Below, in pieces: positions 1 through 13,055 of a DNA stretch of 64,000 bases. Numbering within the stretch: position 1 is the stretch's first letter; each line of letters starts with the position of its first letter. The DNA lies in the NCBI RefSeq assembly GCF_963921235.1, contig NC_086097.1, positions 2,480,001-2,544,000 of the forward strand, read 5' to 3'. The notes under the pieces were generated by a model. That model ran no database searches, was not told the origin of the DNA, and saw nothing but the letters and a program-made list of their open reading frames with translations. This DNA is from Mobula hypostoma. Lineage: Eukaryota. The position numbers and the translations under genes are program-made.

Positions 1-1585
1 CGTTTGGAAAGCATCAAGTTGGATAAGTCACCAGGACTGGATGAGATGTACCCCAGGCTTCTGTGGGAGGCAAGGGAGGAGATTACTGAGCCTCTGGCGA
101 TGATCTTTGCATCATCAATGTGGACGGGAGAGGTTCCGGAGGATTGGAGGGTTGCAGATGTTGTTCCTTTATTCAAGAAAGGGAGTTGAGATAGCTCCGG
201 AAGTTATTAGACTAGTGAGTCTTACTTCCGTGGTTGGTAAGTTGATGGAGAAGATCCTGAGAGGCAGGATTTATGAACATTTTGAGAGGCATAATATGAT
301 TAGGAATAGACAGCATGGCTTTGTCAAGGGCAGATCGTGCCTTATGAGCCTGAGTGAATTTTGAGGATGTGACTAAACATATTGATGAAGGAAGAGCAGT
401 AGATGTAGTGTATATGGATTTCAGCAAGGCATTTGATAAGGTAGTCCATGCAAGGCTCATTGAGAAAGTAAGGAGGCATGGGATCCAAGGAGACATTGCT
501 TTGTGGATCCAGAACTGGCTTGCCCACAGAAGGCAAAGAGTGATTGTAGATGGGTCATATTCTGCATGGAGGTCGGTGACCAGTGGTGTGCCTCAAGGAT
601 CTGTTCTGGGACCGTTACTCTTCATGATTTTTTAAATGACCTGGATGAGGAAGTGGAGGGATGGGTTAGTAAGTTTGCTGATGACACAAAGGTTGGGGGT
701 GTTGTGGATAGTGTGGAGGGCTGTCAGAGGTTATAGCAGGACATTGATAGGATGCAAAACTGGGCTGAGAAGTGGCGGATGGAGTTCAACCCAGATAAGT
801 GTGAGGTGGTTCATTTTGGTAGGTCAAATATGATGGCAGAATATAATATTAATGGTAAGACTCTTGGCAGTGTGGAGGATCAGAGGGATCTTGGGGTCCG
901 AGTCCATAGGACGTTCAAAGCAGCTGCTCAGGTTGACTCTGTGGTTAAGAAGGCGTATGGTGTATTGGCCTTCATCAATCGTGGAATTGAATTTAACAGC
1001 TGAGAGGTACTGTTATATCAGACCCTAGTCAGGCTCCACTTGGAGTACTGTGCACAGTTCTGGTCACCTCACTACAGGAAAGATGTGGAAACCATAGAAA
1101 GGGTGCAGAAGAGATTTACAAGAATGTTGCCTGGATTGGGGAGCATGCCTTATGAAGGCAGGTTAAGTGAACTCAGCCTCTTCTCCTTGGAGTGACCGAG
1201 GATGAGAGGTGACCTGATAGAGGTGTGTAAGATGATGAGAGGCACTGATCGTGTGGATAGTCAGAGGCTTTTTCCCAGGGCTGAAATAGCTGCCACAAGA
1301 GGGCACAGGTGTAAGGTGCTGGGGAGTAGGTACAGAGGAGATGTCAGGGGTAAGTTTTTTTTTTAAAAACGCAGAGTGCTGAGTGCGTGGAATGGGCTGC
1401 TGGCCACGGTGGTGGAGGCGGATATGATAGGGTCTTTTAAGAGACTTTTGGATAGGTACATGGAGCTTAGAAAAATAGAGGGCTATGGGTAAAGCCTAGT
1501 AATTTCTAAGGTAGGGACATGTTCGGCACAACTTTGTGGGCCGAAGGGCCTGTATTGTGCTTTAGGTTTTCTATATTCTATGTTT
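1..1585 (+). mobile_element. CR1 LINE, 3' part of ORF2 (reverse transcriptase) plus 3' tail; pseudogenised
   Basis: Fragmented RT frames ([56 protein letters not shown]) with stops and frameshifts; ends in a ttctatattctatgtttc tail. Confidence 0.93.
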
Positions 1586-2515
1586 CAAACTCTCCCCAGT
1601 AGCCTTAGCAAACCTCCCCGCCAGGATATTGGTCCCCCTGGGATTCAAGTGCAACCCGTCCTTTTTGTACAGGTCACTCCTGCCCCAAAAGAGGTCCCAG
1701 TGATCCAGAAATGTGAATCCCTGTCCCCTGCTCCAATCCCTCAGCCACGCTTTTATCGTCCACCTCATTCTATTCCTATACTCACTGTCACATGGCACAG
1801 GCAGTAATCCCGAGATCACTACCTTTGCAGTCCTGCTTCTCAATTTCCTTCCTAACTTCCTATAGTCTGTTTTCAGGACCTCTTCCCTTTTCTTACCCAT
1901 GTCATTGGTACCAATATGTACCACGACCTCTGGCTGTTCTCCCTCCACTGCAGGATATCTTGGACGCGATCTGAAACACCCCGGACCCTGGCACCTGCGA
2001 GGCAAACTACCATCCGTGTTTCTTTCCTCCATCCACAGAATCGCCTTTCTGACCCCCTAACTATAGAGTCCCCTATCACTACTGCCTTCCTTTTCCTTTC
2101 CCTCCACTTCTGAGCCACAGGGCCAGACTCTGTGCCAGAGGCACAGCCACTGTCGCTTCCCCCAGGTAGGCTGTCCCCTCCAACAGTACTCAAACAGGAG
2201 TACTTATTGTTAAGGGGGAGAGCCACAGGGGTACTCTCTAGTACCTGACTCTTCCCCTTCCCTCTCCTGACTGTGACCCACTTGTCTGCCTCCCCTGGCC
2301 CCGGTGTGACCACCTGTCTATAACTCCTTTCTATCACCACCTCGTTCTCCCTGACCAGATGAAGGTCATCGAGCTGCATCTCCAGTTCCCTAACGCGCTC
2401 CCTTAGGAGCTGCAGCTTGTCACACTGGGTGCAGATATGGCCGTGTGGGAGGCTGGGAGCCTCCAGGACCTCCCACATCTGACACCGAGCACAGAACACC
2501 AGCCTCACACACATT
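1586..2515 (-). mobile_element. CR1 LINE ORF1 (Cys-rich N-terminus, coiled coil, SGNH esterase-like domain), frameshifted
   Basis: ORFs 1873-2532 and 1571-2032: CARCQMW...HICTQC, VVIGDSIVRG, VVVHIGTND, DGLHLN. Confidence 0.88.
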
Positions 2516-2975
2516 CTACTTCCTTTCCTCAATTAACACATTTTGGTAAATGATTATCAACCTGTCTACTGTAACCTCCGCCCATTCCCTCAGCACCCTG
2601 GGATGCATCCCATCAGGACCAGGGGACTTATCTACCTTCAGGCCCTCTAGTTTGCTCATCACTATCTCTTTAGGGACAGTGATTTTATCAAGGTCCTCAC
2701 CTCCCATTTCGTCCATAACATCCTTCTTTGGCATATTAGACGTGTCCTCCACCGCGAAGACCGACACAAAATAGGCGTTCAGTGCCTCAGCCATTTCCTT
2801 ATCACCCAATATCAATCTCCCTTCTCGTCTTCCAAGGGACCTATGTTGACTTTAGCCACCTCTTCCGCTTTATATATTTATAAAAACTTTTGCTATCTGT
2901 TTTTATATTTTGTGCTAATTCACTTTCATACTCTATCTTCCCTTTCCTTATTTCTTGTTTAGTTGTTCTTGGTTT
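2516..2975 (-). mobile_element. CR1 ORF2 fragment
   Basis: ORF 2516-2815: EMAEALNAYFVSVF...KVDKSPGPDGMHPRVLRE. Confidence 0.85.
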
Positions 2976-3249
2976 GCTCCTGAATATAAAAAAGGGTCTC
3001 CCATTTGTCATTCACCATATGTATTCAAAATGAAGCACTTTGGATTAAGCTACTGATTGAATTTCTGCCACCATTTGTACTTCAACCTGTTAGCCTCCAG
3101 TGAGGAAGAAAAAACAGAGGGAGTAGGCATCACTGCAGTGGTTTCAAAATTGCAGTTGGTCTCTGCAAGTTCATGTGGGAGGGAGACAAGCTCCTGTAAA
3201 GGAATGCTGCATTGGACAGCACTTGTAATGAATTAAACACCAAGGATTC

Positions 3250-4400
3250 TACACAGAAAATGCTGAAGGAACTCAGCAGGTCAGGCAGCATCTGAAGAAA
3301 TTAATGTACAGTCGACGATTCAGGCCGTTTCAATGGGGTGGAGCTTAGGAGACAATGGCACCTAACAGCAACTCCTTCGCTTGCACCTTTGGAAACAGCT
3401 CTATTTCTACCTTTTGTATCTCTATTTTTCCCTTTCAGGGTTCTTTCGAAGACCCTGGCCTGGAGTTACACACTGACTTCGGTTCTTTGCAGGAATGAGA
3501 CCCACTCTCGGGGTCTCACGACTGGCCATTATTCGATATACCAAGGATGTGGCCTAAGAGATTAGCTTGCCTTCGGAGTTTCAGGATTTCATGGCCCTGG
3601 AGGTGGGCGGACTCGAGGTTGGTGCCTCTGCAAGAAATCTGTGTTTCGTGGGAGACAAAATATTGTAAATCAGCGAGTCGTTTGTTATGTCTTCCCTTTC
3701 ACTGTGAAATGGAGACATCTCTTTTTCCCTTATTAGGGAGAGGAGGAGACCCTGTGGTATGTGGAATTAGCGGATGAGCAAGCAGTCTTTGGGGTACTGC
3801 AAGTTTGTGTCTTTAGTGATGCTTTGCTGTACACTTGAGTGCATGGTGGGAGGGGCCAATGCTTTTTTTTGCTGGTGGGAGGCAGGATTGTTGTTTTGCT
3901 ACTGCTTTCATGTGGGAGAGGGGAGCTTTGGGGTTCTAACATTTAACATTCTTTGGGGCACTCCTGTGTTTACATGGATGGTTGCAAAGAAAAAGAATTT
4001 CAGGATGTATACTGTATACATTTCTCTCACATTAAGTGTACCTATTGAAACCCTTCACCAGACTGGAAAGGAAGAAGGAAGAAGCCAGAATAAGGTGGTG
4101 GGCAGAAGGGGAAGGAGTACAAGCTGGAAGGTGATAGGTGAAGCCAGGTGGGTGGGAAGTGAAAAGGCAAAGGGCAGAAGACAGAATCTGACAGAAGGAG
4201 AGTAAACCATGGGAGAAAGGGAAGGAGGAGGTGATAGGCAGATGAGGAGAAGAGAATTGGTAACAGGAAAGCCAAAGAGGGGAAAGTCCTAATACAGTGT
4301 TGATGTAATGTCTCTGTCTAAATGCCGACTGTTTCTTCCTTTCCGTGGATGCTGTTCCACCTGCTGAGTGGCTCCAGCATTCTGCGTGCATTACTTGTAA
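3250..4400. mobile_element. Penelope-like element 3'-end fold-back, interrupted by a non-autonomous retroelement (~3335-4050)
   Basis: gaactcagcaggtcaggcagcatct at ~3270 with its inverse at ~4345-4385, purine-rich PLE tail at 4050-4290; inserted sequence ends in a LINE-like aagaatttcagg...tgtatacatt tail. Confidence 0.6.
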
Positions 4401-5059
4401 ATGAGTTTCAGCTCCCTCAATAATTACTGAAACCCTTTACATGTTAACAACCACTAAAGCTGTGCCAATTACTCATCGGGAGGACAGCTATGAGGGGGCA
4501 TTTCTGTTGGTCTGGATAAAGGAGTAAAAGAAATTCAACGCTTTATGACCATCACGGTGAAAATGAACAAGGTGTCAAGAATCATGTTAATACACACAGC
4601 CTTGGCTCACAGCTGTCACTCATAGCCAGCTCCCACAATATTGCAACCTGTTACGAATTAGTACTTTCAAAAGAAGAGTTAGAGAAATGTGTCCGACACA
4701 TTTTGTCTTGCAGTTACGTGTGTCCCGAAGCCATTCTAAATAGCCAATCTGTATCTTAATCAAGTGCTCTTGGAAACTGAAAAGAATGCACACAAAACAA
4801 AATGATGCAAGCGTCAATTTGTTTCAGAATAAGTGATACTTAATTGTAACCAATTTTGTTTATTTAAACTGGTCTAAACTCCGAGTATCCAAAAAAAATA
4901 CAGTTGATTCTGGTTCATTGGGCCATTGGTTAGTCAGGCCAAGTCCAAAAGAGTAAAAACTAATCAAGGAAATAGCCAAGATTCCCTTTGTTTATTTGGG
5001 ACATTATATCACTTAATTGGTATAGGAAACTGTCGCCGAACAGTTTCTAACGAGCTGGG

Positions 5060-6455
5060 AAGAGTAAAGGAGGAGGGGTATGCTTCATGGTCAACAATGC
5101 TTGGTGTGACCCCCAGAATGTGCATGCGCTCAAATCCTTTTGTTCCCCAGACCTGGAGCTCCTGGTGCTGCTGTGCAGACCCCACTGGCTGCGTAGGGAG
5201 TTCTCGGCTGTTACCACCACAGCAGTGTACATTCCACTGCAGGCTGATACTGACCTGGCTCTCAAGGAACTGTACAAGACCATCAACACGCTGGAGTCTG
5301 CACACCTAGAGACTGCCTTCATCGTCGCCGGTGGCTTTAATCGAGCATTGCTGACGAAAGTCTCTCTGAAGTTTTGTCACACATCCAGGTGGGCACTAGT
5401 GGAGATAACATACTTGACCACTGCTACACTCCCTTCCACAACGCTTACAAATCTCTCCTTCGCCCAGCTTCTGGAAAATTGAATCACTCTTCGATCCTGC
5501 TTTTGCCAACGTACAGGCAGAAGCTGAAACAATTGGTGGCCATAGTTAAAACCGTCCACTGTTGGTCTGACCAATCGGCCTCCATGCTGCAGGACTGCTT
5601 CAATGATGTCGACTGGAATGTCTTCCATGATGAGGATGTCTCCAAGTTCACTGATGGAGTCACATGCTTCATCCGGAAGTGCTTCAATGCTGTTGTCCCC
5701 CAGAAGTCGGTCAGGATCTTCCCAAACTAGAACCCTGGATCAACAGTACCGTGCGAGCTGCACTTACCATGCAACATAGAGCTTACATCGCTGGCGATCA
5801 ACTAGAGCTCAAGAAAAGCAGCTATGATCTGCACAAAGCTATTAAGGCTGTGACACAACAATATAGGGACAAGATTGAGTCAAGATTCACAACGAATAGC
5901 ACACGTGACTTGTGGCGAGGGCTGCATACCATCGCAGACTTCAAAGCCAAATGCAGTGGTCCCTCCCAACATCGCAGCCTCTCTCCCAGATGAGCTCAAT
6001 CGCTTTTATGCTCAGCTCCATGTTGCTAACTGAGTCTCCGAGGAAAGCCACAGCTACAACCTGCAGGACTCTGCAGAGAGTGGTGAGGACAGCCCAGTGC
6101 CTCTGCAGTTGTGAACTTCCCATGATTCAGGACATTTACAAAGACAGGCGTGAGAAAAGGGCCCGTAGGATCATTGGGGACCCGAGTCACCCCAAACACA
6201 ATCTACTCCGGCTGCTACCATCCAGGAAACGGTACCACAGCATAAAAGCCAGGACCAACAGGCTCCAGGACAGCTTCTTCCACCAGGCCATCAGAGTGAT
6301 TAACCTCACGCTGATTTGCCTGTATTTCTAGATACATTAACTGTTCTATTTATTATAAATTATTATAAATTACTATAATTGCACATTTAGACAGAGACTT
6401 AACAAAGATTTTTACTCCTCATTATTATGAAGGATGTAAGAAATAAAGACAATTC
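5060..6455 (+). mobile_element. Rex1/Babar LINE, APE endonuclease region joined to the 3' end (internally deleted)
   Basis: ORFs 5087-5482 and 5374-5730: FCSPDLELL...AVYIPLQA...FIVAGGFN, ILDHCYT, HSSILLLP; C-terminal ARTNRLQDSFFHQAIR; tail aataaagacaattcaatt. Confidence 0.85.
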
Positions 6456-6719
6456 AATTGCATGCACATGTGTAGCTATTAGACACTACACTGTGCTTAG
6501 AGTTTTTAAAATAGTAGCAATACACACAGAATGCTGGAAGAACTCAGCAGGCCAGGCAGTATCTATGGAAAAATGTACAGTTGACGTTTCAGGCCGATAC
6601 CCTTTTTTCCATAGATGTTGCCTGGCCTGCTGAGTTCCTCCATCATTTTATGTGTGTTGCTCGGATTTCCAGCATCTGCAGATTTTCTCCTGTTTGAGTT
6701 TTTAAACAGTGTCAGTTGC

Positions 6720-7070
6720 AGATAGAGTGGATGTGGAGAGGATGATTCCCCTATGGTGGAATAGTCTCGGACCAGAGGGCACTGCCTCAGAATTGAAAAA
6801 TGTCAATTTAGAACAGAGATGAGGAGGAATTTCTTTAACCAGAGGGTGGTGAATCTGTGGAATTCATTGCCACAGATGTTTGTGGAGGCCAAGTTACTGG
6901 GTATATTTAAAGTGGACGTTGACAGGTGCTTGATTAATCAGGACATCAAAGGTTACAGGGAGAAAGCAGGAGAATGGGGTTGACAGGGATCATAAATCAG
7001 CCATGATGGAATGGCCGAGCAGACTCGATGGCCCAAAAGGCCTAATTCTGCTCCGCTGTGTTATGGTCAT
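6720..7070 (+). mobile_element. CR1 3' fragment
   Basis: gagtggatgtggagaggatg...ctaattctgctcc...ttatggtc, matching the other CR1 3' ends in the window. Confidence 0.8.
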
Positions 7071-7834
7071 CCATTTGGGCCAATGGACACCAATTTTTTT
7101 TAAAAGTGATTTTTGTTTTTTTTTGACATAAAAATTTCAGACCCTTGCCAAGATGCTTCGAAAAGATTTGACAGTAGCCAAAAAAATTACACTCATGACC
7201 AAATTTAAAGGCATCCACCTAACATCACTCATTGTCAAAAGAACACAGCGTCGTACACTGGATGAATTCCTCCGTCAGCAACTATTAAGAATAATACAGT
7301 TTTATAGTATTTTCGTAGTATTGGTAGTGTTTTAATTTGCTCTGTATTTTACTTAAATACATAAATTGTTACTCAGTTAAATGATAAGTTTGAGATTTTA
7401 TATATCACACACACACATACATACACACACCTTTTTAAACTATTTCCATGAAACTAATTGGGCCAAAAGATACTGGTCCTGATGTGTCCCACTGAACACT
7501 GCACATTAATCACTCACAGTCAGGTTTTACAGAACATTGTGCCCTCTGTGTTTACTCTATTCTCTATCATCACAGATTATCTATTAGTGGCAAACATCAG
7601 CACAGGGGCTGATTAGATAGTTTACAGACAACATAAGAATTGGAGAAGCTGTGGACACTGCCAAAGGATACAGCACGATAGACACAAATGTAATCCAGAC
7701 AAGTTACATTGCAAGGAGAGACTACAGATTAATCCCCTGGAGCGTAGGAGATTTTAGGGGTGACTGGATGCAGCTACATAAGATTGTGCAGGCATAGACA
7801 GGATAAATACACAGTTTTCTTTCTTAAAGACATA

Positions 7835-8190
7835 AACCATAAGAAGTAGGAGAATTAGGCCATTTGGCCCATCAAGTCTGCTCTATTTCAGCATGGCTGA
7901 TCCGCTTTCCCCCTCAGCCCCAATCTCCTGCCTTCACCCTGTATCCCTTCATGCCCTGAACAATCAAGAATGGACCAACCTCTGCCATAAAGACTTGACC
8001 TCCACAGCCACCTGTGGCAACTAGTTTCACAGATTCACCACCCTCTGGCTAAAGAAATTCCTCCTCTCCTCAGTTCTAAAAGGACATCCTTCTATTCTGT
8101 CCCTGCGCCCTCGGGTCCTAGACCATCCTCTCCACGTCCACTTTATCCAGGCCTTTCAACATTTGATAGGTTTCAGTGAGATCCCCCTCC
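7835..8190 (-). mobile_element. CR1 3' fragment
   Basis: Reverse complement of the same CR1 3' end (ccataagaagtaggag...ggcctttcaacatttgataggtttc). Confidence 0.75.
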
Positions 8191-9627
8191 ATTTCCCAGA
8201 GATGTGGTAAAAACAAAAGAGGGCAAAAGTTTGACAAACACGAGAGGCTGGACACCTTCATTATTTTTCTCTGGAGTGTCAAGAGTCTGCAGGAGACCCA
8301 GGAGGCACAGAGAGGTTAAATAGGTCTTTTCCCCCAGGGTCAAATAATAGAGGGCAAAGCTTTAAGATGATTGGAGGAAAGAGAAAATTTCTTTTAATCT
8401 TTCTCCCCCTCCATAGAATGCACTGCCAGAAGGGATGGGAAAATGTTCTGCAGGCACATGAACAGACAGGGAATAGAGGGAGATGCATCATGTGCAGGCA
8501 AATGGGTTTTGCACAGCCATCATGTGCTGATAGATCTGTCCCTGTGTTGTACTGGTCTATGGAAGGAGGTGTCTTTATACAATGGCCTGCTGACTAGAGA
8601 GCAACAAAAGGTTAAATTGAAAATTCTACACAACTAAGACTCCATTCCACATAGCACCTTAGGGTCAACCAATGTAAAAATGATAGCTCATTTTTAAGAA
8701 CAATGAGATAAAGAGTACGATGCTGCACAGACAACATCATTCAGATACTACAGACATCTGCCAGGAGATCCTGGGCCATGTTTTGTTAGTAAAAGACCAA
8801 AGAAATATTGCAATCTTCTACAGTTGTCCTGTGGAAAGCATTCTAACTGGTTGGATCACTGTCTGGCCTGGAGGGGCCACTGCACAGGATTGGAAAAAGC
8901 TGCCGGAAGTGGCAAACTCAGCCAGCTCCATCATGGGCACCAGCCTCCCCAGCATCCAGGGCATCTCCAAAAGGTGATGCCTCAAAAAGGAAGCATCCAT
9001 CATTAAGGACCTTCATGTCATTGTTACCATCAGGAAGGAGGTACAGGAGCCTGAAGGCACACAAGTTTCCCCCTCCATCAGATTTCTGAACAGACATGGA
9101 ACACTACCTCACTATTTCACTCTCTTTCTGAACTCTGTTATTTTTAGACACATTTTATTGTGATTTATAGTTTTTTTTATTATGTACTACTTCTGCAAAA
9201 TGACATTTCACAATAGATGGCACGCTATTAAACCAGATTCTGATTTCTTCCCTCTCCAGGGTAGCACTGTGACATAACTCGTAAAGCTCATAACTCGTAA
9301 CCAGGCTTTCTGACCTCCCACATTCTCTACGCAGTCTGCACTTCACCCTTCACCACGTTAGTCTTCTCCGGATATTCTGGTTCTTCACCCCCCACCCCCA
9401 TCATGCCAAAGGCACACTGACTGACTGGCTAACTAGCCACCGTAAATTGCTTCAACTGAGGTGGGTTCGGAACAGAAGAAACCTTGGGGACAAATGGTTA
9501 CAGCGAAAATTAGTGAGGAACTGGAATTGCAGTGAGCTGACCAAATGGCCTCCTCCTTTGCTGTAAGTATACAACACTGCTCCAGGGATTTGCATTTGAT
9601 TCTGAACCAATTCATCATAATTAATTA

Positions 9628-10443
9628 CAATGGATTCTGGTTAATTGGGCCATTGGTTCATCAGGGCAGCTGCTTATTTGGGACAACTCTTAAAGAACAA
9701 AACCTAATTGAGAAAATAGCCAGGATTCCCTTTATTTATTTAGGACACTGTGCTGCTCAATTGGGATAGGAGACCATTGCTAAACGGTTTTTAAACTAGC
9801 ATCAGTCATGTGCATTTGTGGTGGCCATTCGACACCACACCATCCTTACAGCAATCATTTTTTAAGTACACGCAACTGACGATACTTGTGTTCAAAAAGC
9901 AGTTGGTGAGAAATAAGCAATAAGACAATTCAGAACTGCTTTGCTTCACTGCGGTTTCAAGTATTCAAGCTTGGAGATGCCAGAAACGGCTGGGAGTGAA
10001 AAATAAAATGGTTTCATTACTTCAACAAGTTAGGTAATATGAAGAATTTGAAGGCAACGACAATCATCTTAAATGTTACAATGAAAATGAAGATTTGGAG
10101 GATGCAATCATCAATAGCATTGTATGAAAGCAGTCCATCATCTGCACTAGGTGTCTGCACTGATTTTGTTCATTTACAGCCAATCAAAACACAGCAGTGT
10201 ACACTGAAATAATTCCTCCATTGATAACTATTTGCAACTAATACACAATTTTCTAGTGCTGTTGTAGTTTTGGTAGTGTTCCAACTTATTCTGTATGTAT
10301 TTTTTTTTTACTCAGTTAAATGGTAGTTTGTCTTTTTTATACCTTTTTATCTATGTCCATGAAAATTTGACTAATTGGGGCAGCTGCTTAATTGGGCCAA
10401 AATATAGTGGTCCCAATGTACCCCAATTAACCATAAAGCACTG
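9628..10443. mobile_element. Tigger/pogo-like non-autonomous DNA transposon
   Basis: TA-flanked; left end caatggattctggttaattggg, right end cccaattaaccataaagcactg; subterminal gcagctgcttaa/tttggg motifs at both ends. Confidence 0.72.
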
Positions 10444-11269
10444 TATTTAGAGAAGAGTAAATATTGAAATACTCAGCTCTGTGTATTTGCAGGCCTCACC
10501 CAGGTTGAGCATTGGTTTTAAGTTACTATTGTCACATGTACCGAGGTACAATAGCAGTGGCAGGTCAGTGCAAAGAGCAGGGGCCCCCAACATTTTTTAT
10601 GCCATGAAGCAATACCTTTAAGCAAGGGGTTCATGAACCCCAGGTTGGGGACCATTTTAAGCTCAAGGTAAAGCTATCCAAACTATGTTGAAGTGCATTC
10701 TTTATTTTTAAACAAAATAAATCTTATTCTTGTATTATGAATATTTACGAGAATAAACTGTCCAATGCTTTTCATTCCTTATATTCATGTTGAAGTGCTT
10801 TCAAGATTCAAGATTCTTTAATGTCATTTCCCCTATACAAGTGTAAAGGAGAATAAAATAATTGTTACTCTGGATCTGAAAAAGTACAAAAAAACCAAGA
10901 TAAAGAACACAATAAACATAAATAGATAGATTGATTATATGTCCATAAAGTGATGCTAGGGACAGGAGTGTCTGTAACAAGGTGACTCTGACAGGAAATG
11001 ATGAAGTGGTGATTGCTGGGGGTGTGGAGGGGTGGGTTCGTGGCTGGAGGTGTTGATCAGCCTCTATACACATCACTTCAACAGTCAATCAAAATGAAAA
11101 GCAAGGTGGGTCTCAATCTGCGTCTGAGGAGTCACCTGACAGCGAAGAGGATCATCAGTGTTGAGATTCAGACCCATCTTTAGTTCGACCTTCAGACAAA
11201 TGAATAAAAGTGTTGCAGACTGAAACCTCACAGGGAGGAGACAGAGATCTCTGCAAGTGAGGGAAATCA

Positions 11270-11510
11270 CTGCTCGTGCCATCAGTTTGGACAGAATGGG
11301 AGGCATTGCTCCTCCAGCCTGAGTCTGGCCTCACTGTGACAGTAGGGGACATCATGGACAGACTTGCTGAATTGAAATGGGTGCCCACTGGGAGATGCTG
11401 TCTTTTGCGGCAAAAAGAACAAAGATTTTTGACAATACAGTGCCTCAATCTGTGTCGGGTCTCACCGATGTAGAGGAGGCCACATTGGGAGCACCGGATA
11501 CAATAACACA
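11270..11510 (-). mobile_element. Penelope-like GIY-YIG endonuclease fragment
   Basis: ORF 11155-11511: YCIRCSQCGLLYIGETRHRL...GTHFNS. Confidence 0.8.
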
Positions 11511-11589
11511 AAGCACTGGAAATGCAAACCTACTTTCTCCACAAAATCCTCCAATGAACCAATGAACCAAAACCAATATTTGATTTTGA

Positions 11590-11865
11590 GATACAGCGTG
11601 GAACAGGCTCTTCCAGCCCAATGAGCTGCACTACCCAGCGACCCACTCATTTAACCCTAACCCAATCACAGGGTAATTTACAATGACCAATTAACCTGCC
11701 AACTGGAATGTTCTTGGACTGTGAGAGGCAACCAGAACACCTGGAGGAAACTCACATGTTCACAGAGAGGGCAAATAAGCTTTCAAACAGCAACGGAATT
11801 AAATTCTGAACTCCAACGCCCTGAGCTGCAATAGCTCACACTAACCACTATACTACCGTGGCACC
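11590..11865 (-). mobile_element. tRNA-derived V-SINE-like element
   Basis: Reverse complement of the core gggtttcctcc(a)ggtg.tctggtt.cctc.cac plus ggttaattggtcattgtaaatt, shared with 14297-14575. Confidence 0.7.
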
Positions 11866-11971
11866 CTCAAGTTGCCACAATAAAAACATCTTTGCCTCAA
11901 TTCACAAAATCACATATACAACTTCCATTGAGATCACACCTTGAACACTGTAAAACATCCAAAAGCGATTT

Positions 11972-12330
11972 AGAAACGGAAACATAGAAAAACTACAGCA
12001 CAATACAGGCCCTTCAGCCTACAATGCTTTGCCAAACATGTACTTACTTTAGAAATTACCTAGGGTTACCCATAACCCTATGTTTCTAAGCTCCACATAC
12101 CTATCCAGGATTCTCTTACAAGACCCTATTGTATCCAACTCCACCACCGTCGCCGGCAGCCCATTCCACGCACTCACCACTCTCTACATAAAAAACTTAC
12201 CCCTGACATCTCCTCTGTACCTGCTTCCAAGCACCTTAAAACTGTGTCCTCTCTTGTTAGCCATTTCAGCCCTGGGAAAGAGCCTCTGACTATCCACACG
12301 ATCAATGCCTCTCATCGTCTTATATATCTT
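11972..12330 (-). mobile_element. CR1 3' fragment
   Basis: MRGIDRVDSQRLFPRAEM...RGHSFKV and gaaacatagaaaa tail. Confidence 0.85.
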
Positions 12331-12589
12331 ATTTGCCCTATATGCAGTGGTGTTTAGCAGGGACGCAATTGTATTGAGGTTTGCCAAGTGGGATTGGAGG
12401 CTAAGCATTTATTTCTTCTAGACACAAAGTCAAGAACCAGTGGGCAAATTCCAGGATAGGGGATCAGTCATTCAGAACAAGAGGAGAAAGTTCTACTGCG
12501 GATAATTGGAACGCCCAACTCAGTACTCAAAGCAGATAATTCTTTGACACTGGAGGAGAAAGAAAATAAAATCAATGGATCTACCACCC

Positions 12590-13055
12590 ACGCTCCTAAT
12601 CTGTCACCCATTTCAGCAGCTCTACTTCATTAGGGTTTTGAGCAGATTTGCTATGTCACCAAAGGCAAATTTCTACAGTGGCAAGCATTCTGCTTGGTTG
12701 CATCACAGCCTGATGTGGAGAACGCAATCCACAGGATTGCAGGAGTCTGCAGAGGGCTGTAGACTCAGCCAGCTCGATCACAGGCACAACCCTCTTCACC
12801 AGAGGACATCTTCAAAAGGCAACATCGGTCATTAAAAACCTTCGACAACTGGGACATGCCCTCTTCTTATTGTTACTATCAGGAAGGAGGTACAGAAGCC
12901 TGAAGACACACTCTCAACATTTCTGGAACAGCTTCTTCCCCTCTGCCATCAGATTTCTAAATTGTCCATGAACACTACCTCGTTATTCGCCTTTCATTGC
13001 ACTATTTTGTAATAATTTTGTCTTTGTACTGTATTGTTGCAACAAATTTCACCAC
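12590..13055 (+). mobile_element. Rex1/Babar 3' fragment
   Basis: ctatcaggaaggaggtacagaagcctgaagac...aacagcttcttcccctctgccatcaga, typical Rex1 C-terminus; similar fragments at 8810-9240 and 32130-32655. Confidence 0.7.

Larger units (their letters stand above)
4901..7500. mobile_element. Tigger/pogo-like non-autonomous DNA transposon, split by three younger insertions
   Basis: Starts ta-cagttgattctggttcattggg; segments 4901-5060, 6460-6515, 6695-6720 and 7210-7500 are collinear with the uninterrupted copy at 9628-10443. Confidence 0.7.
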
